DNA of 64,000 nucleotides from positions 67,146,001 through 67,210,000 of the forward strand of contig OY740792.1 of NCBI GenBank assembly GCA_963514005.1, read 5' to 3'. Source of the DNA: Raja brachyura. Taxonomy: Eukaryota. Positions within the stretch are counted from its first letter, which is position 1. Each line of letters begins with the position of its first letter. The notes beneath the pieces are model-generated. The model was not told the origin of the DNA and made no database searches. It saw only the letters and a list, made by a program, of their open reading frames with translations. This document shows, piece after piece, positions 25,561 to 38,310 of this stretch. The position numbers and the translations under genes were made by a program.

Positions 25561-26495
25561 CTAGCAAAAGACCAAGTCTTTATGGAGAAGATCAGCTGCT
25601 AGATGGTGCATTGGTATATCAAAATTAGTTGCATCATCATACTCCTCAGATTGTAACCAATAAGCAACTCTGTACACCTTGTTTTTCCTCAACGTTTCAA
25701 TGTTGGCATTGTAAACTACAAGTTTTTGCTCTTCAAACCACGCACTACATGCCTTTCCGCACACTACTTTCCCATTAACAATGTCCTGTAGATCATCACA
25801 TTTGGAGTAGTCCACATTCGGATAATCTCTGCCAATGCTGTTTAAATCTTTCAATTTTTTTCCTAGTTTTTTCCTCTCGTTCGTGTCCCGAGCATGCTCC
25901 TTGCCTTTCTGTCGCTTGAGGATTTCTGCTCCCAATTCCTTCTGTTTTTTCTTCCGTCTATTCCTCTGCACTCTCCCCCATGTCACTGCCTTACAGAGCA
26001 CCTCCTCCCTACGATGCTCCTCAAGATTATCAAGGTAATTGGCTGTTCGATTCTTGCAGGCCCGCATCATACATGACAAATAACACATGGTGGCATTGGG
26101 TGATTTATGTGTCGATGAGCTAAACATCCCCATTATCTCCTCCACATCAATGTTGTGTGATCTTGCTGATGCAGTCTCCTCCTTCAGTTTCTCAGTTACA
26201 TCAAGTTCAAAGTATTTACTATACTGCCTCTGCAACACAGTGATGACAGCTTGAAGACAGCTCCCCATCTTTGAACTGAACTGTGGATGTATTGATAGCT
26301 CCCGAAGATTTGTCAATGTGGCATCAAGAAGTGGTTTCCTTTAGAGCAGCAATCACCCCTTTAACCACTTTGATGCCATCAACATGGTTGATCTGATTCT
26401 GACTTGAAGTGTAGAAGCGCTTCATCCAAGGCCCAGTCACATATTTGCCAAGTAAGCCTAATATCTGAAGTGCTACTTTTGCTTCAGCCTGGGTG
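25561..26495 (-). pseudogene. hAT-like transposase, C-terminal part
   Basis: Peptide LQILGLLGKYVTGPWMKRFY ... SHNIDVEEIMGMF (candidate catalytic E). In frame with 34318 once the ERV and one AAAT are removed. Confidence 0.8.
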
Positions 26496-26499
26496 AAAT

Positions 26500-27205
26500 T
26501 ATGGAAGTTTTAGAGACTTGGACCTTAATTAAAAACATTTATCACAGCCAGCAGCAGAGATGTCAGCTATTTTATGTAATCAGACATCAGCTCCATACAT
26601 ATTCACGTGCTTCAGCATACTTATTCACGTGCTTGTCTGTTAGTTAGTCAGCAGCACTTAATTAAGTCTTTTTATTTAGTATTAAGTCTTTTTATTCAGT
26701 AAACAAGTTACTTCTTATTTTTACTTTTACTTTTGCTTTGTACTCTTAATAAATACATTTGCATCTTTGTGTAAAACATATAAACCAATATGTAACAGTG
26801 TAATATGGTGTAACCCTGTAACTGTAGCTAAAATTTAATGGGGGCAGAAGGTAGCTGGGAGATTAGAAGTTAAACATAAGGGTGGCAAACAAGGCGAAAT
26901 AATGAGGGGAGGTGTGGAGATTGAACCAAGGCCGAAACATAATGGTGGCAGGACAGAAGAGATTAGTCTTGAAGGTAGATTGATGCAAAAGGAGTACAGC
27001 ATGCAGATAATGAAGCAGAGATAAGACTGAAAAACTGTAATAAAGAGCTGCCTGGTTCTGTGTATTTTGGAGCAATTAGAGAACAGGCCAAGGTGTCCTC
27101 TCTGACTGCTCCAGCCAATATTTGCAAATAAAGGCTTTTCATCTTCTTGAAGAATTCTCTGTGTCTGTGTCATAGTATCCAAATTTGAGTCTTGAAACCA
27201 CGACA
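26500..27205 (+). repeat. ERV 5' LTR
   Basis: TATGGAAG...CCACGACA, a direct repeat of 33608-34313, with AATAAA in R. Confidence 0.97.
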
Positions 27206-27209
27206 AAAT

Positions 27210-27227
27210 TGGCGCAGCGAGCAGGGT
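27210..27227 (+). other. Primer-binding site complementary to tRNA-Ser(UGA)
   Basis: TGGCGCAGCGAGCAGGGT is the reverse complement of the vertebrate tRNA-Ser(TGA) 3' end ACCCTGCTCGCTGCGCCA. Confidence 0.85.
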
Positions 27228-27524
27228 CGGTAAGAGACCGTTAATTAAAAGACAAACAACTCAGGGCGCTTCCCATCCCCTCTGGCTCCTAGGGACAACA
27301 GGAAAAGGGTGGCCACCCAATAAAATTATTATGCGGTTTTCCGTTTAATTTGGACTAATAGCCTGTTGAACATGAGAAGCCACTGGGGACACAGAAGTGC
27401 CCAAGTAGTTAGAAGGTCTCTCCGACCCAAGAATCTGGCACTAAATTGTTCTAAAAAGGAGGCCCAGAGGATTGTCCGAGAAGGCTGCGCTGTGTGGCGA
27501 GTAATATTTATATATATTATTAAG

Positions 27525-27790
27525 AGTGTTGAAGTCCTCGTGGATACCGCCCTGAGAGTTTGGGGGTCTCCACAGGCGAGGCAGGTGAGTGTTTAAGTCC
27601 TCGTGGATACCGCCCTGTGAGGTCAGGGGTCTGCACAGGCGAGGCAGGTGAGTGTTTAAGTCCTCGTGGATACCGCCCTGTGAGGTCAGGGGTCTGCACA
27701 GGCAAGGCAGGTGAGTGTTTAAGTCCTCGTGGATACCGCCCTGAGACGTCGGGGGTCCGCACGGACGAGGCAGGTAGTTTTAAGGTAAGT
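27525..27790 (+). repeat. 63-bp tandem repeat x4 in the ERV leader
   Basis: TGGATAC recurs at 27541, 27604, 27667 and 27730. Confidence 0.95.
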
Positions 27791-28639
27791 AGGGAGGAAA
27801 GAACAGTGTGCACCGTAATAACATAGTAGAATAGCAGAAAGTAGAATTGCAATAAGAATAGTGTAATGTAATATAGTGACTACGAGGACAGAGTTTCTTA
27901 ACTGGTTGTGGAGATAAAATTGCTACATTCTCTCAGCTGAGAGATCAAGACAAAATGTGCTTCTTTGTTTGGAGATTAATGGGAGTGGGGTGTGGTCAGA
28001 TGTTGACTGGCTAGGATTTTGATTGGTTGTGATCTTAGTGGGGTGTGGTTAGAATTTGAGTGACGGTGAGTCTGACTAATCATGATCTGAATCAATATCC
28101 AATCACAGCGCTCAGGAACCTGATTGATAGGGGATTAGACCATCCTACTTTAACTTAAAAGGGGAGATAAGAATTATATAAAAGTTAATTTGGAAACTTG
28201 AATCTGTGTAGAAAATTGCATAATTTATTTGAAGTAAGAATGGAACGAATGTGATTTGTGTAAAAACCGGTTTTGAATGAATGAGAAAGTTCATATATGT
28301 GATAAGTCTTTTGTTTGTTGTAGGCCACCTGCTGTAAGGGTATGTGTGTGTGTTCCTTTAAGAAGTTGTAAGCAATGGGGGGGTTACTAACAGCTGTAAG
28401 GTAATGATTAATCATAGCAGCTTAAAATGGAAAAGTTGGAAAATGAAGGTTGCTTGGTTTTGCTGATGTTTCTATAGATTTCTTTTCAGTAAAGTTAATT
28501 TGGAAAATTGTTACTAGTACTAGGAATTGGAAATTTAAAAATAGTGGTGAGAATGGATTCAAATAATTGGAAATAAGTTAATTGCTGAAACATGACCAGC
28601 TTTTGTGGTTTGTGTAGATAAACATTCCGGTTGGAGAAG

Positions 28640-31460
28640 GGTAATGATTGTTTGCTGAGATTTTCAGAAACAGTTGTGAGGAAGTGGCCCAAAGAAGGCA
28701 CTTTGAAGATAAATGTGTGACAAGATGGAAGTGTTAATTATGAATTATATTCCACAGATAAATTGGAAAGGTCGGAAAAGAGGAGAGGAAAGGAATTAGA
28801 TGTACTTAAGCAGTTTAGAGAGAAAAGGAGAGAGAGGCAGTGAGGAGGTAACAGAAGTAGGAAACAACAGGTGTGAAAGTAATAAATCAGGAGGAGTCAG
28901 TGGAAGATTTTAAAGGGAAGGTGAATAAATTTGCAAAGGAGGATTGACTATCTGAGCAGTAAGAAATTTAGTTTAGAATGAGAAAGAAGGCATATCATAA
29001 AGGATTAAAGTGGGAAGCAGAGGGATAAATTGATGAGACTGCTTTAAAAAGATAAGAGCAGGGCAGACACAGATTATCCTTTGGGGCACCCATAAACTGA
29101 GATGGCTAAAAAAAAAATAAAAAAATTAAATTAAAAAAAATATATACCCAATGTTCCTGATGGGGCAGGAAATGGATTATGGCTTTGGAGGACGATTATT
29201 GGCTATGGGAGATTTGAAGGCACTGTTGGTGAAAGTGATAGGAACCACTAAACTGACAGAACTCCTGAAGATGGCTGGTATAAAAATGCCGTGAACAATG
29301 CAATAAACAATGGCATGCTGTTTGACACAGTCAGGCAGAGGGTATGGCAGGCCCTCAGACAATAATCCAGCAGCCTATCTGGAGAACAAGCTGAAAAGGT
29401 GGAGACTGGAAGCTGAACAAGAAATAGAAGGCAACCAGTTAATGAACACTATATTCTGAACCACTGTGGTGGGTGTCATTCCTCCTAAAGTCAAGTCTCG
29501 ATTGGAGGAGGTGGTGGGATTGCCATTTATTTCCCACCCCTGATTCAGTGATCATTTGGGCAATGAGGTCGAGAAATATCGCAAAGATAGGAAAAAGACT
29601 TGCAGACCAGCAGGGTGCGGAGAAAAATTATGCAAATGTAACTTGAAGAGCTGAAAAAGAAAGAGCGTGAAAAATGAAAGACAATGTTGTCAATAACAAC
29701 AGACCTGGTTGAAAAGACTGAAATAAGTGATGTACTGACAAACAGTGAGTCCTACAACAGAGCCAAACAGGGGCCAGAGAATTCCATGCCAATAATAAAT
29801 GTCTTTGGGAGAGTGTTTCCTCAAATGCCCTATCAGGAGTGAAATAAATCTGGATATAAGCCCAGACGGGACTGGGGTCCCCAAGGGAGGGAGGGATCTC
29901 AAGAAGGAGGTCAAGAAAGGCTAGTAAGGAGACAGGTAATGGATAAGGTATATTGGGGAAATAAACGGATATGGTAATCAGGAAATAATAATAATTAAGA
30001 TAGTGGTGAACATAGCTATGGCAAGAACATTAAGAAGAGGTATTAAATACACCTAGACTAGGATGCAGCAGGGTTTTAAATACTAGCCCCATGTTTTTAA
30101 TCAGATGTTAAAGGCAGATTTGGAAGGTGTTGATATAGTATGTGGATGATTTGTTGGTTTGTTCCACAAGTGAGAAGCAATGTGAAAGAGACATTGTAAT
30201 TATCTTGGAAAAGATGGCACAGGAGGTCACAAAGTATCAAGGAAGAAGTTGTTGTTTTGTCAGCAGCAGGTAGAATATTTTGGATGAGTAATATCTAAAG
30301 AAGTAAAAGCTATAGCACAGGATCAGATTGAAGTGATAATTGAAGTTCCCAAACCTCAGACAGTAGGACAGATGATGATGTTCTTGGGAATGACAGGATA
30401 TAGTTCAGACTAGATTGGAAAGTATGTCAAAATTGTGATGGCATTAAGCAAAATAATGAAGGAAGATGGACACAAGTCTGAGAAATGTTTTAAAGTCAGA
30501 GCCTTTGAATGAAGGGGACAAAAAGGTTTTGCTTGTGGATGTTTCTTGTTAAAGCAAGTATGCAGGGTTTGAAGTGGTGCATCAGGATGAATTAGACTTT
30601 AAGGTAATCAAATTGGAAGCTTGCCTGCAATCTTGCTTAGCTCAGTTGGCAGAAATTAAGGCTTTAAGAGCAGCATGTGACATGAGGGAAGGTGAGAAAG
30701 CTGACGTTTATACCGACTAAGCATATGTACATGGGGTCTGGCACATGTTTGGAGCAGTAGGGAAACAGAAAGGCTTTGAGAAAAGCAACGGAAACCCCAT
30801 GCAAAGTTAGCAGTAAAGTACAGACCTGAAAAGGGGAAAGATGAAGCCAGGGGCACTAGCTGTCATTAAATGCCAAGCACATACGAAGTGAAATCAAAGT
30901 GCAGACGAAGCAGCCAGAACAGCATCTGGAGGATGATCAGCTGGTATTGCGCCGAGGGTAAGATTGGATCGACTTGGGTGTAAGAACGCTACAGGCCCTT
31001 AGAGTAAAACACAGATTTGGGTTTGTAACACCTGCAGTCGCAGGGCATGGTGGAAAGAATAAATGGAGCATTGAAGGTTAATATAAATAAGATTTGTGTA
31101 ACTACAAGGTTGAATTGGATCGATGCCCTGCCATTGGCACTGAAGAGATGTTGCATGCCGAATAACCCACATAACATCACATGAGATGCTTACTGGTCGA
31201 CCCATGACGGTGGCACAATGGAGAGGTCCCTACAAGGGACCGAGTTTGGAACAGCTAGAGGTAGAATTTAAGAAGTATATGTAATAGTTAATTATGATAT
31301 ACAAGTCTATTTATGCAGAGGCAAAGTAAAAGCAGTGAGAGGTGGACCAGGAGGAAGGACCCTTTAAACCTGGAGGCAAGGTGTATGTATGAGCTTTCCG
31401 AACCACCCACCGCTGTTCAGGTAGAAGGTTGATCTACCTGGTATAATTTCAATCATTAAA
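28640..31460 (+). pseudogene. Degenerate, internally deleted ERV gag-pol
   Basis: KWPKEGTL (matrix), PAAYLE.., QGF...P.VFNQ, YVDDLL, AQLAEIKAL (RNase H) and [20 protein letters not shown] (integrase). Many stops, and the protease is missing. Confidence 0.85.
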
Positions 31461-31556
31461 TGAGGGATGTCCCACAGGTATGGCTCAATAATAGCCCTGA
31501 GGTAAGTGAACAGGAGGACAAAGAAGTGAGGTAAGAGCAGAGTTCTAACAAGAACG

Positions 31557-32917
31557 TTGTTTGACGTCAGTGGTGGGCAAATTAATAGAAAGGATACTTA
31601 AAGATAATATATATAAGCAACTGGATAAACAGGGTCTGATTAGGAACAGTCAACATGGATTTGTGCCTGGAAGGTCATGTTTCACTAATCTTCTTGAATT
31701 TTTTGAAGAGGTTACTCGGGAAATTGATGAGGGTAAAGAGGTGGATGTTGTCTATATGGACTTCAGTAAGGCCTTCTGACAAGGTTACCATTGGAAGGTT
31801 GGTTAAGAAAGTTTAATTGTTGGGTATTATTGGTGGAGTAGCAAGGTGGATTGAACAGTGGCTGAATGGGAGATGCCAGAGAGTAATGGTGGATGGCTGT
31901 TTGTCAGGTTGGAGGCCGGTGACTAAGGGGGTGCCTCAGGGATCTGTGTTGGGTCTACTGTCTTTTGTCAGATACATCAATGATCTGTGTGATGGTGTGG
32001 TAAATTGGATTAGCAAGCATGTAGATGATAGTAAGATAGGTGGTGTTGTGGACAATTAAGTCGATTTTCAAAGTCTACAGAGAGATTTAGGCTCTTTGGA
32101 AGAATGGGATGAAAGATGGCAGCTGGAGTTTAATGCTGATAAGTGTGAGGTGCTACATCTTGGCAGATCAAGAGAAAATGGGACATACATGGTAAATGGT
32201 AGCGAATTGAGGAATGCAGTTGGACAGAGGGATCTAGGAATAACTGTGCATAGTTCCCTGAAGGTGGTAAAGAAAGCTTTTGGTGTACTGGCCTTTATAA
32301 ATCAGAGCATTGAGTATAGAAGTTGGGATGTAATGTTAAAATTGTACAAGGCATTGGTGAGGACAATTATGGAGTATGGTGTACAATTTATATTGTACAC
32401 CAAATTATAGGAAAGATGTCAACAACATAGAGAGAGTACAGAGGAGATTTACTAGAATGTTGCCTGGGTTAAAGCAACTAAGTTACAGAGAAAGGTTGAA
32501 CAAGTTAGGTCTTTATTCTTTGGAGCGCAGACGGTTAAGGGGGACTTGATAGAGGTCTTTAAAATTATGAGAGGGATAGACAGAGTTGACGTGGATCAGC
32601 CTTTGCCATTGAGAGTAGGGAAGATTCAAACAAGAGGATATGATTTGAGAATTAAGGGACAGAAGTTTAGAGGTAACATGAGGGGGAACTTCTTTAACCA
32701 GAGAGTGGTAGCTGTGTGGAATGAGCTTCCAGTGGAAGTGGTGGAGGCAGGTACGATTTTATCATTTAAAAAATAAATTGGATAGGTATATGAACGGGAA
32801 AGGAATGGAGGGTTATGGTCTGAGTGTAGGTAGATGGGACTAGGGGAGAATAAATGTTCGGCGCAGAGTAGAAGCGCCGAGATGGCCTGTTTCCGTGCTC
32901 TAATTGTTATATGGTTA
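31557..32917 (+). mobile_element. CR1 RT fragment inside the ERV (same family as 3085-5152)
   Basis: Collinear with 3790-5150 including the 3' tail. Has stops and frameshifts. Confidence 0.95.
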
Positions 32918-32919
32918 AG

Positions 32920-33339
32920 ATATTGTGAGGTTTTTGGATACATTAGTGACAATGACACTGGTGTAAGTAAGGTCAGAATGAGGGGGTGTATGTCTCTTGT
33001 TTGGGGAATAATGTTTCAAACTCATACGTAATAATACTAGCCTGGAGGGGTCTTTCACTAAAGCCATGGATAAGCTAAAAAAAAACACAAAGGAGTGAGG
33101 TTAAAAGAAACGTAGGGTTCGGACATCAAATGTTTGGATGGCTGGAGAGCATGTTGGGGGGTTGGGGAGCATGGCTGATTAAAATTGGTTTGACCATTGG
33201 GGTCGCATTACTTGCAGTGGCAATAATGTTGTGCTGTGTTTTCCCCTGTATTAAGTTTCTCCTGGTGAAAGCTACTGTGAAGCAACTACCAATGATAACG
33301 GTGATGAATCTGGCCCTCAAGGAAAGTGGACCTCGTTGA
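32920..33339 (+). pseudogene. ERV env TM remnant
   Basis: GGVC..FGE.C...NNT..EGS, followed by WLESMLGGWGAWLIKIGLTIGVALLAVAIMLCCVFPCIK. Confidence 0.8.
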
Positions 33340-33607
33340 TAGAATGCTATTACGATGGAGAAGACGTGTTAGCAAAATGCTAAAAGTAGTCTGTAAGGGA
33401 AGCTGGATCTTTTTTCCTGCCTCAAGACATGGGGTGGGTTTTTGGTCCAGTTTCTCAGGGAGTCAGAGAAAGAACACTGCACAGCATTACACTAACTTAA
33501 TTAGAAGAGCCTGCATTTTAGGGCTCTATGGGTGATTTGACCTGGGGGATGTGTGTGTGGTTTTCTTTGTCTTTTGAGACTCGGTAGAGTCTCAGAGGAG
33601 GGAGTTA

Positions 33608-34313
33608 TATGGAAGTTTTAGAGACTTAGACCTTAATTAAAAACATTTATCACAGCCAGCAGCAGAGATGTCAGCTATTTTATGTAATCAGACATCAGCT
33701 CCATACTTATTCACGTGCTTCAGCATACTTATTCACGTGCTTGTCAGTTAGTTAGTCAGCAGCACTTAATTAAGTCTTTTTATTTAGTATTAAGTCTTTT
33801 TATTCAGTAAACAAGTTACTTCTTATTTTTACTTTTACTTTTGCTTTGTACTCTTAATAAATACATTTGTATCTTTGTGTAAAACATATAAACCAATATG
33901 TAACAGTGTAATATGGTGTAACCCTGTGACTGTAGCTAAAATTTAATGGGGGCAGAAGGTAGCTGGGAGATTAGAAGTTAAACATAAGGGTGGCAAACAA
34001 GGAGAAATAATGAGGGGAGGTGTGGAGATTGAACCAAGGCCGAAACATAATGGTGGCAGGACAGAAGAGATTAGTCTTGAAGGTAGATTGATGCAAAAGG
34101 AGTACAGCATGCAGATAATGAAGCAGAGATAAGACTGAAAAACTGTAATAAAGAGCTGCCTGGTTCTGTGTATTTTGGAGCAATTAGAGAACAGGCCAAG
34201 GTGTCCTCTCTGACTGCTCCAGCCAATATTTGCAAATAAAGGCTTTTCATCTTCTTGAAGAATTCTCTGTGTCTGTGTCATAGTATCCAAATTTGAGTCT
34301 TGAAACCACGACA
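33608..34313 (+). repeat. ERV 3' LTR
   Basis: About six substitutions relative to the 5' LTR (counted by eye). Confidence 0.97.
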
Positions 34314-34317
34314 AAAT

Positions 34318-35222
34318 CATGGAGGATGGCGCTTTTCAACCCCCCACAGGATGTTCCGCTATTCAGCAGGGCAACAAAGTCATCATAATGTGCTGTGAGC
34401 TTGCCTCTAATATGAAACAGTGTGTGAAATCTGTTGCCACGGTACCATGGGAGGACACCTCGGGGGATGTTCCTGTCATCTAAAAATGCTACAAATCCTT
34501 TTGGGTCCCCTTTTCCATTCTTGTACCAAAGTTTGCTCATCTGCAGTATGGCATTTACTGCTGGACAGTCTTTCCCAAACAAGAATTGTCCTCCGGATTG
34601 TTTCTGCATTTTGAGGTCTGAGCAAACTGATGTTGCAATGGAATCAAGACAATGCAAGTGGCAGTAGACCTCATTCAAAGATTTACTCACTACTCACAAT
34701 CCTAATAGCTGCATGATTAGCTGCACACCTGTCACTCACTGTGTTTGAAATGTTGTCGAGTATCTTTTGCCTGGTAGCTTGAAAATCTGCTTGCTCATTG
34801 AAATAAGCGTAAGTTTTACACAAATTATCAACTGTTTCGCAAATATGTTGTGCATAATCCTCAGCAGTTCGACCAGCCAATTCATCGACTGCTGCAGAGA
34901 AACATTTGTCTGTGGTGGTGAAGTGTACGCTGTTAATGTGGATCTCTTCCTGGGTGGTTGCATCAAATCCCACAGTCAAACCCTTTGTTGCAAGAAGCAT
35001 CGCTGCTGTTTGCAACTCAGCAATAGCTCCCAATTCTCGGGCCATAACTTCAACTGCACTGCGTTGAGGAACATGATCCAGATGAAGTCCACTCCGCTTG
35101 TAGAACTGGCTTATCAGGAGTTGAATATTTGCTGTTGGAGTTTTGTTTACAATACAGTCAAACACATGCATCCTTGTTGTTGAGGAGTAGGTTTTCTGGC
35201 CCACCTTTGACGTGACAATACT
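34318..35222 (-). pseudogene. hAT-like transposase, catalytic core
   Basis: Motifs GFDATTQ (D1), SDRCAAN (D2), YCHLH (CxxH) and RGNRF. One stop near 34683. Confidence 0.8.
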
Positions 35223-35608
35223 TGTCAAGTCAAACTGAAATGAAAGGACAGGTGCAGAGAAATGCTAAATTAAAATCACAAGACTGTGATTAAAGTGGGC
35301 GGAACCCCAGCCTGCCGAGTTCTGCCCGGGGTTTTTAAAAGGGGCACAGAGCACCAGAAGCCAGGAAAGAAGACGGAAGAGACTTGCGGGCGGCAAAACT
35401 TGAACAGTAAGAAAAGGACTGTCCGAAAAGACTGCCGCGATAGCCAGAAGAGGCAAGCAGGACTGATTTTCTACAGACCCGATTGGCAGCCGGTTTTTCA
35501 CCTGATAAAGACTAAAGACTAAAACTGCTACAGACTAAAACTGCCAAAATAAAAGGTGGAAAAGAAGTGTTTGGTCTGAGTGAATCCAGTTCATCATTTC
35601 GGGGTACA
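35223..35608 (+). mobile_element. Probable solo LTR inserted in the transposase
   Basis: TG...CA ends, TATA-like TTTAAAA and AATAAA ~60 nt from the end. Interrupts coding sequence. TSD unresolved. Confidence 0.55.
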
Positions 35609-36544
35609 TAAATCAAATCCCTTTCAAGCGGGGAAACTGCAAAAACATTAGAAGACTTGACAATACTGGCAGCCTGCAGAGTTTCGATTGTTTCTTTGAG
35701 GACAAGATTGTCAAATTCAAGGCGTCTCACTTCCTCTTCCCTGTCCTTTAAATTTTCATGAACTTTTCTGTACTGGTGAATTGAAACAGTTTTCCTCTTT
35801 TTCTTACTGCCACGAAACATCAGCAATTGTCTGTGTGTTTTTTCAAGTCTCAAAAGCTCTGGCTTGGTTTCAGCAAGCTCTTATGCAAAAGTTTTCCCAC
35901 ATAATTTGGTTTTGAGTTCCTGAATCTTTCTGTCCCTTAAATCTATTTGGTTTTGCTTTCTCTTTAAGGCTTGATTAACTACACGTTTGGGAGTTTTCAA
36001 CCGTGCCCTAAGTTCACTGATCTTTGTGTGATACTTTATTGTAAGAGCAGCCCTGGATTTGGACAGAAAGTTTAGTCTTTTCAATTTCTGTTTCCTTGGA
36101 GAAAGACTTAGAAATTCTCTGCGATGTCTTGTTGAAACACTAGATGTTTGTTGATGGCATTGGTTCAGGTGAGGCAGCAGCTGTCATTGGCGTTGCTAGA
36201 TTCAATGAAGGATGCAGACTATGACTGTCATCGCCCATGTCCTCCGCGTCTTGAAATATGGGCACTTGGCTTTCAGCTGATGTCAAGGATTCAGGATCTT
36301 GAGCGCCAGGCAGTGGAATGTCATCTAAATAAATGTATTGACTGCCTTCTGGAAGTTTAAAAGTTTCATCACAAATTTTCATAAATGCTCCAAGTTCCTT
36401 GGGATTGGTGAGTTTTTTAAACTTAAGCAAAGTCCGGTTAACGAGAGCCTTCCCTCTTAACTTAACAGCACCAAATGAATATCCTTCTATTAAATTGCAA
36501 GGCCAGCGAAACGCACTAACCTTTGCTTTCAGTACATTCACAAA
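35609..36544 (-). pseudogene. hAT-like transposase, N-terminal basic/coiled-coil region
   Basis: Consecutive ORFs 36140-36541, 35881-36084 and 35512-35853 are collinear with the core. A further N-terminal piece lies at ~38476-38570. Confidence 0.65.
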
Positions 36545-38310
36545 TTCCCGATAGGAACCTGAGGTGTAACTTTTTTACACAAAGGGTGGTGGGTGCATGG
36601 AGCGAGCTGCTGGAGGTGGTTGTTGAGGCAAGTTCTATCCCAACATTTAAAAACCTTTAGACCGATACCCGGATACAACAGGTTTAGTGGGATATGGGCC
36701 AAATGCAGGCAGTTGCGATTAGTAAAGATGGGACACGTTGGTCGGTGTAGACAAGTTGGGCCAAAGGGCCTGTTTCCAGGCTGAATGACTGTGACTAATT
36801 GCCCTCAATACCCTGTTCCCTGTGACTCTCCCCTGTGTCACAATCTTCACAGATAAATGTCTTGAGTTTTTTTGCACAGATGTGTTGAATTGGAATTATG
36901 AACATAAATTGTTTGAAGAATGATTGCAGACACAAGGATCAGCAGATGCTGGATGGATAGAAAGGAGATGAGGGGAAATGTCTTTAGTCAGAGGGTGGTG
37001 AATCTGTGGAATTGCCATAGATGGCTGTGGAGGCCTAGTCACTGGGTATTTTTTAAAGCAAAGAATGATAGGTTCTTGATTAGTAAGGGCATCGAAGGTT
37101 ACGGGGAGAAGGCAGGAAAATGGGGTTGAGAGTGAAAAATAGATCAGTCATTATCGAATGGCAGAGCAGACTCGATGGGCTGAATGGCCTAATTTGTTCC
37201 TATGTCTTATGGCTTTATGCTGGTTTACAAACCAAAAGCACAAAGTGCAGGAGGAACTCAGCGGATCAGACAGCATCTCCCGACAATATGGATAGGTGAC
37301 GTCTCAGGTCGTGACCCTTCTTCAGACTGATTGCAGTGGAAGGGGTGGGGGGGTAGAAAATCAGGTGAGGATCGGGACAAAGTCTGGCAAGTGATACAGG
37401 TGAGTGGGGGAGGGGGGTTGACTGACAGATAGGTGGATGCAGTAATAGAGGTCACAGGTGAAACAGAGACAGGGTGTCAGATAAGAAGAGTTTACAGTGA
37501 GGGGGGGAGATGGGAAACTTTGATAGGAACCTGAGGGACAACTTTTTTCACACATAGGATGGTGGGTATCGTTCAATTAACTTTTCGTAACTTTGTTGGC
37601 ACCAGAAATGTTACAACTCTTTGTGTACTGCCTCCGTGAGGTCTGCTGTATCATTTTACTGGGTTGTATGCAACACAAAGCATTTCACTGTACATGTGAC
37701 AATAAAATATAATTCATATGGAACAAGCTGCCGGAAGAATATGTTGAAGTATGTATTATAACATTGGTTAAAAAATATTTGGACAGGTACATGGATAGGA
37801 TAGATTTTGGGGGATATGGGCCAAATGCAGGCATGTGGGACTAGTGTAGATGGGACATGTTGGTGGGTGTGAGCAGGTTAGGCCAAGGGCCTGTTTCCAC
37901 ACTATACGACTCTATGACTCCAATCTAAGTGGAGAAGTGAAATGTACAGCCGCAGGGAGGGATATAGGTGGAAGGTGAAAGGAAAGGGGGAGGGGGCTAG
38001 TGGGAGAAAGGGGTGCACACTGGGGGAAGGGGGTAAAGGTACAGGAAATTCAGGGAGAGACCTGCGATCAACTGCATCTGACAGAAACAAAAAGGCATAA
38101 CTGCACAACATAAGAAGGAAACAGAGTGGAAATTCTCAGAACAAACCCCTCAACAGATGAGCCTTGGAGAGGTGGTCGGGCCGTGAAAAACTGTGGAAGT
38201 TAATAATGATTTAAAGATACAAAATGGAGTCCGCTGAAACTAAGACAAGCTTCTATTAAATTACAAGGCCAGCGAAACGCACTAGCCTTTGCTTTCAGTA
38301 CATTCACAAA
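36484..38310. repeat. 61-bp direct repeat (36484-36544 and 38250-38310) flanking 1.7 kb of repeat mosaic
   Basis: CTTCTATTAAATT(G/A)CAAGGCCAGCGAAACGCACTA(A/G)CCTTTGCTTTCAGTACATTCACAAA, 2 mismatches. Confidence 0.9.

Larger units (their letters stand above)
26500..34313 (+). mobile_element. Class I (epsilon/gamma-like) endogenous retrovirus, non-autonomous
   Basis: Two 706-bp LTRs, 4-bp TSD AAAT (26496-26499 and 34314-34317), PBS, PPT AGAGGAGGGAG, and remnants of gag, pol (YVDD) and env. Confidence 0.95.

Noticed and set aside
26835-27206. Duplicated 123-aa antisense ORF (also 33943-34320)
   Set aside because: Lies within the LTRs, so the duplication is explained by LTR identity. No recognisable domain.
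27525-27790. Possible CRISPR-like array
   Set aside because: Units are contiguous tandem copies with no unique spacers, in a eukaryotic ERV with no cas genes. The same applies to 50134-50410.
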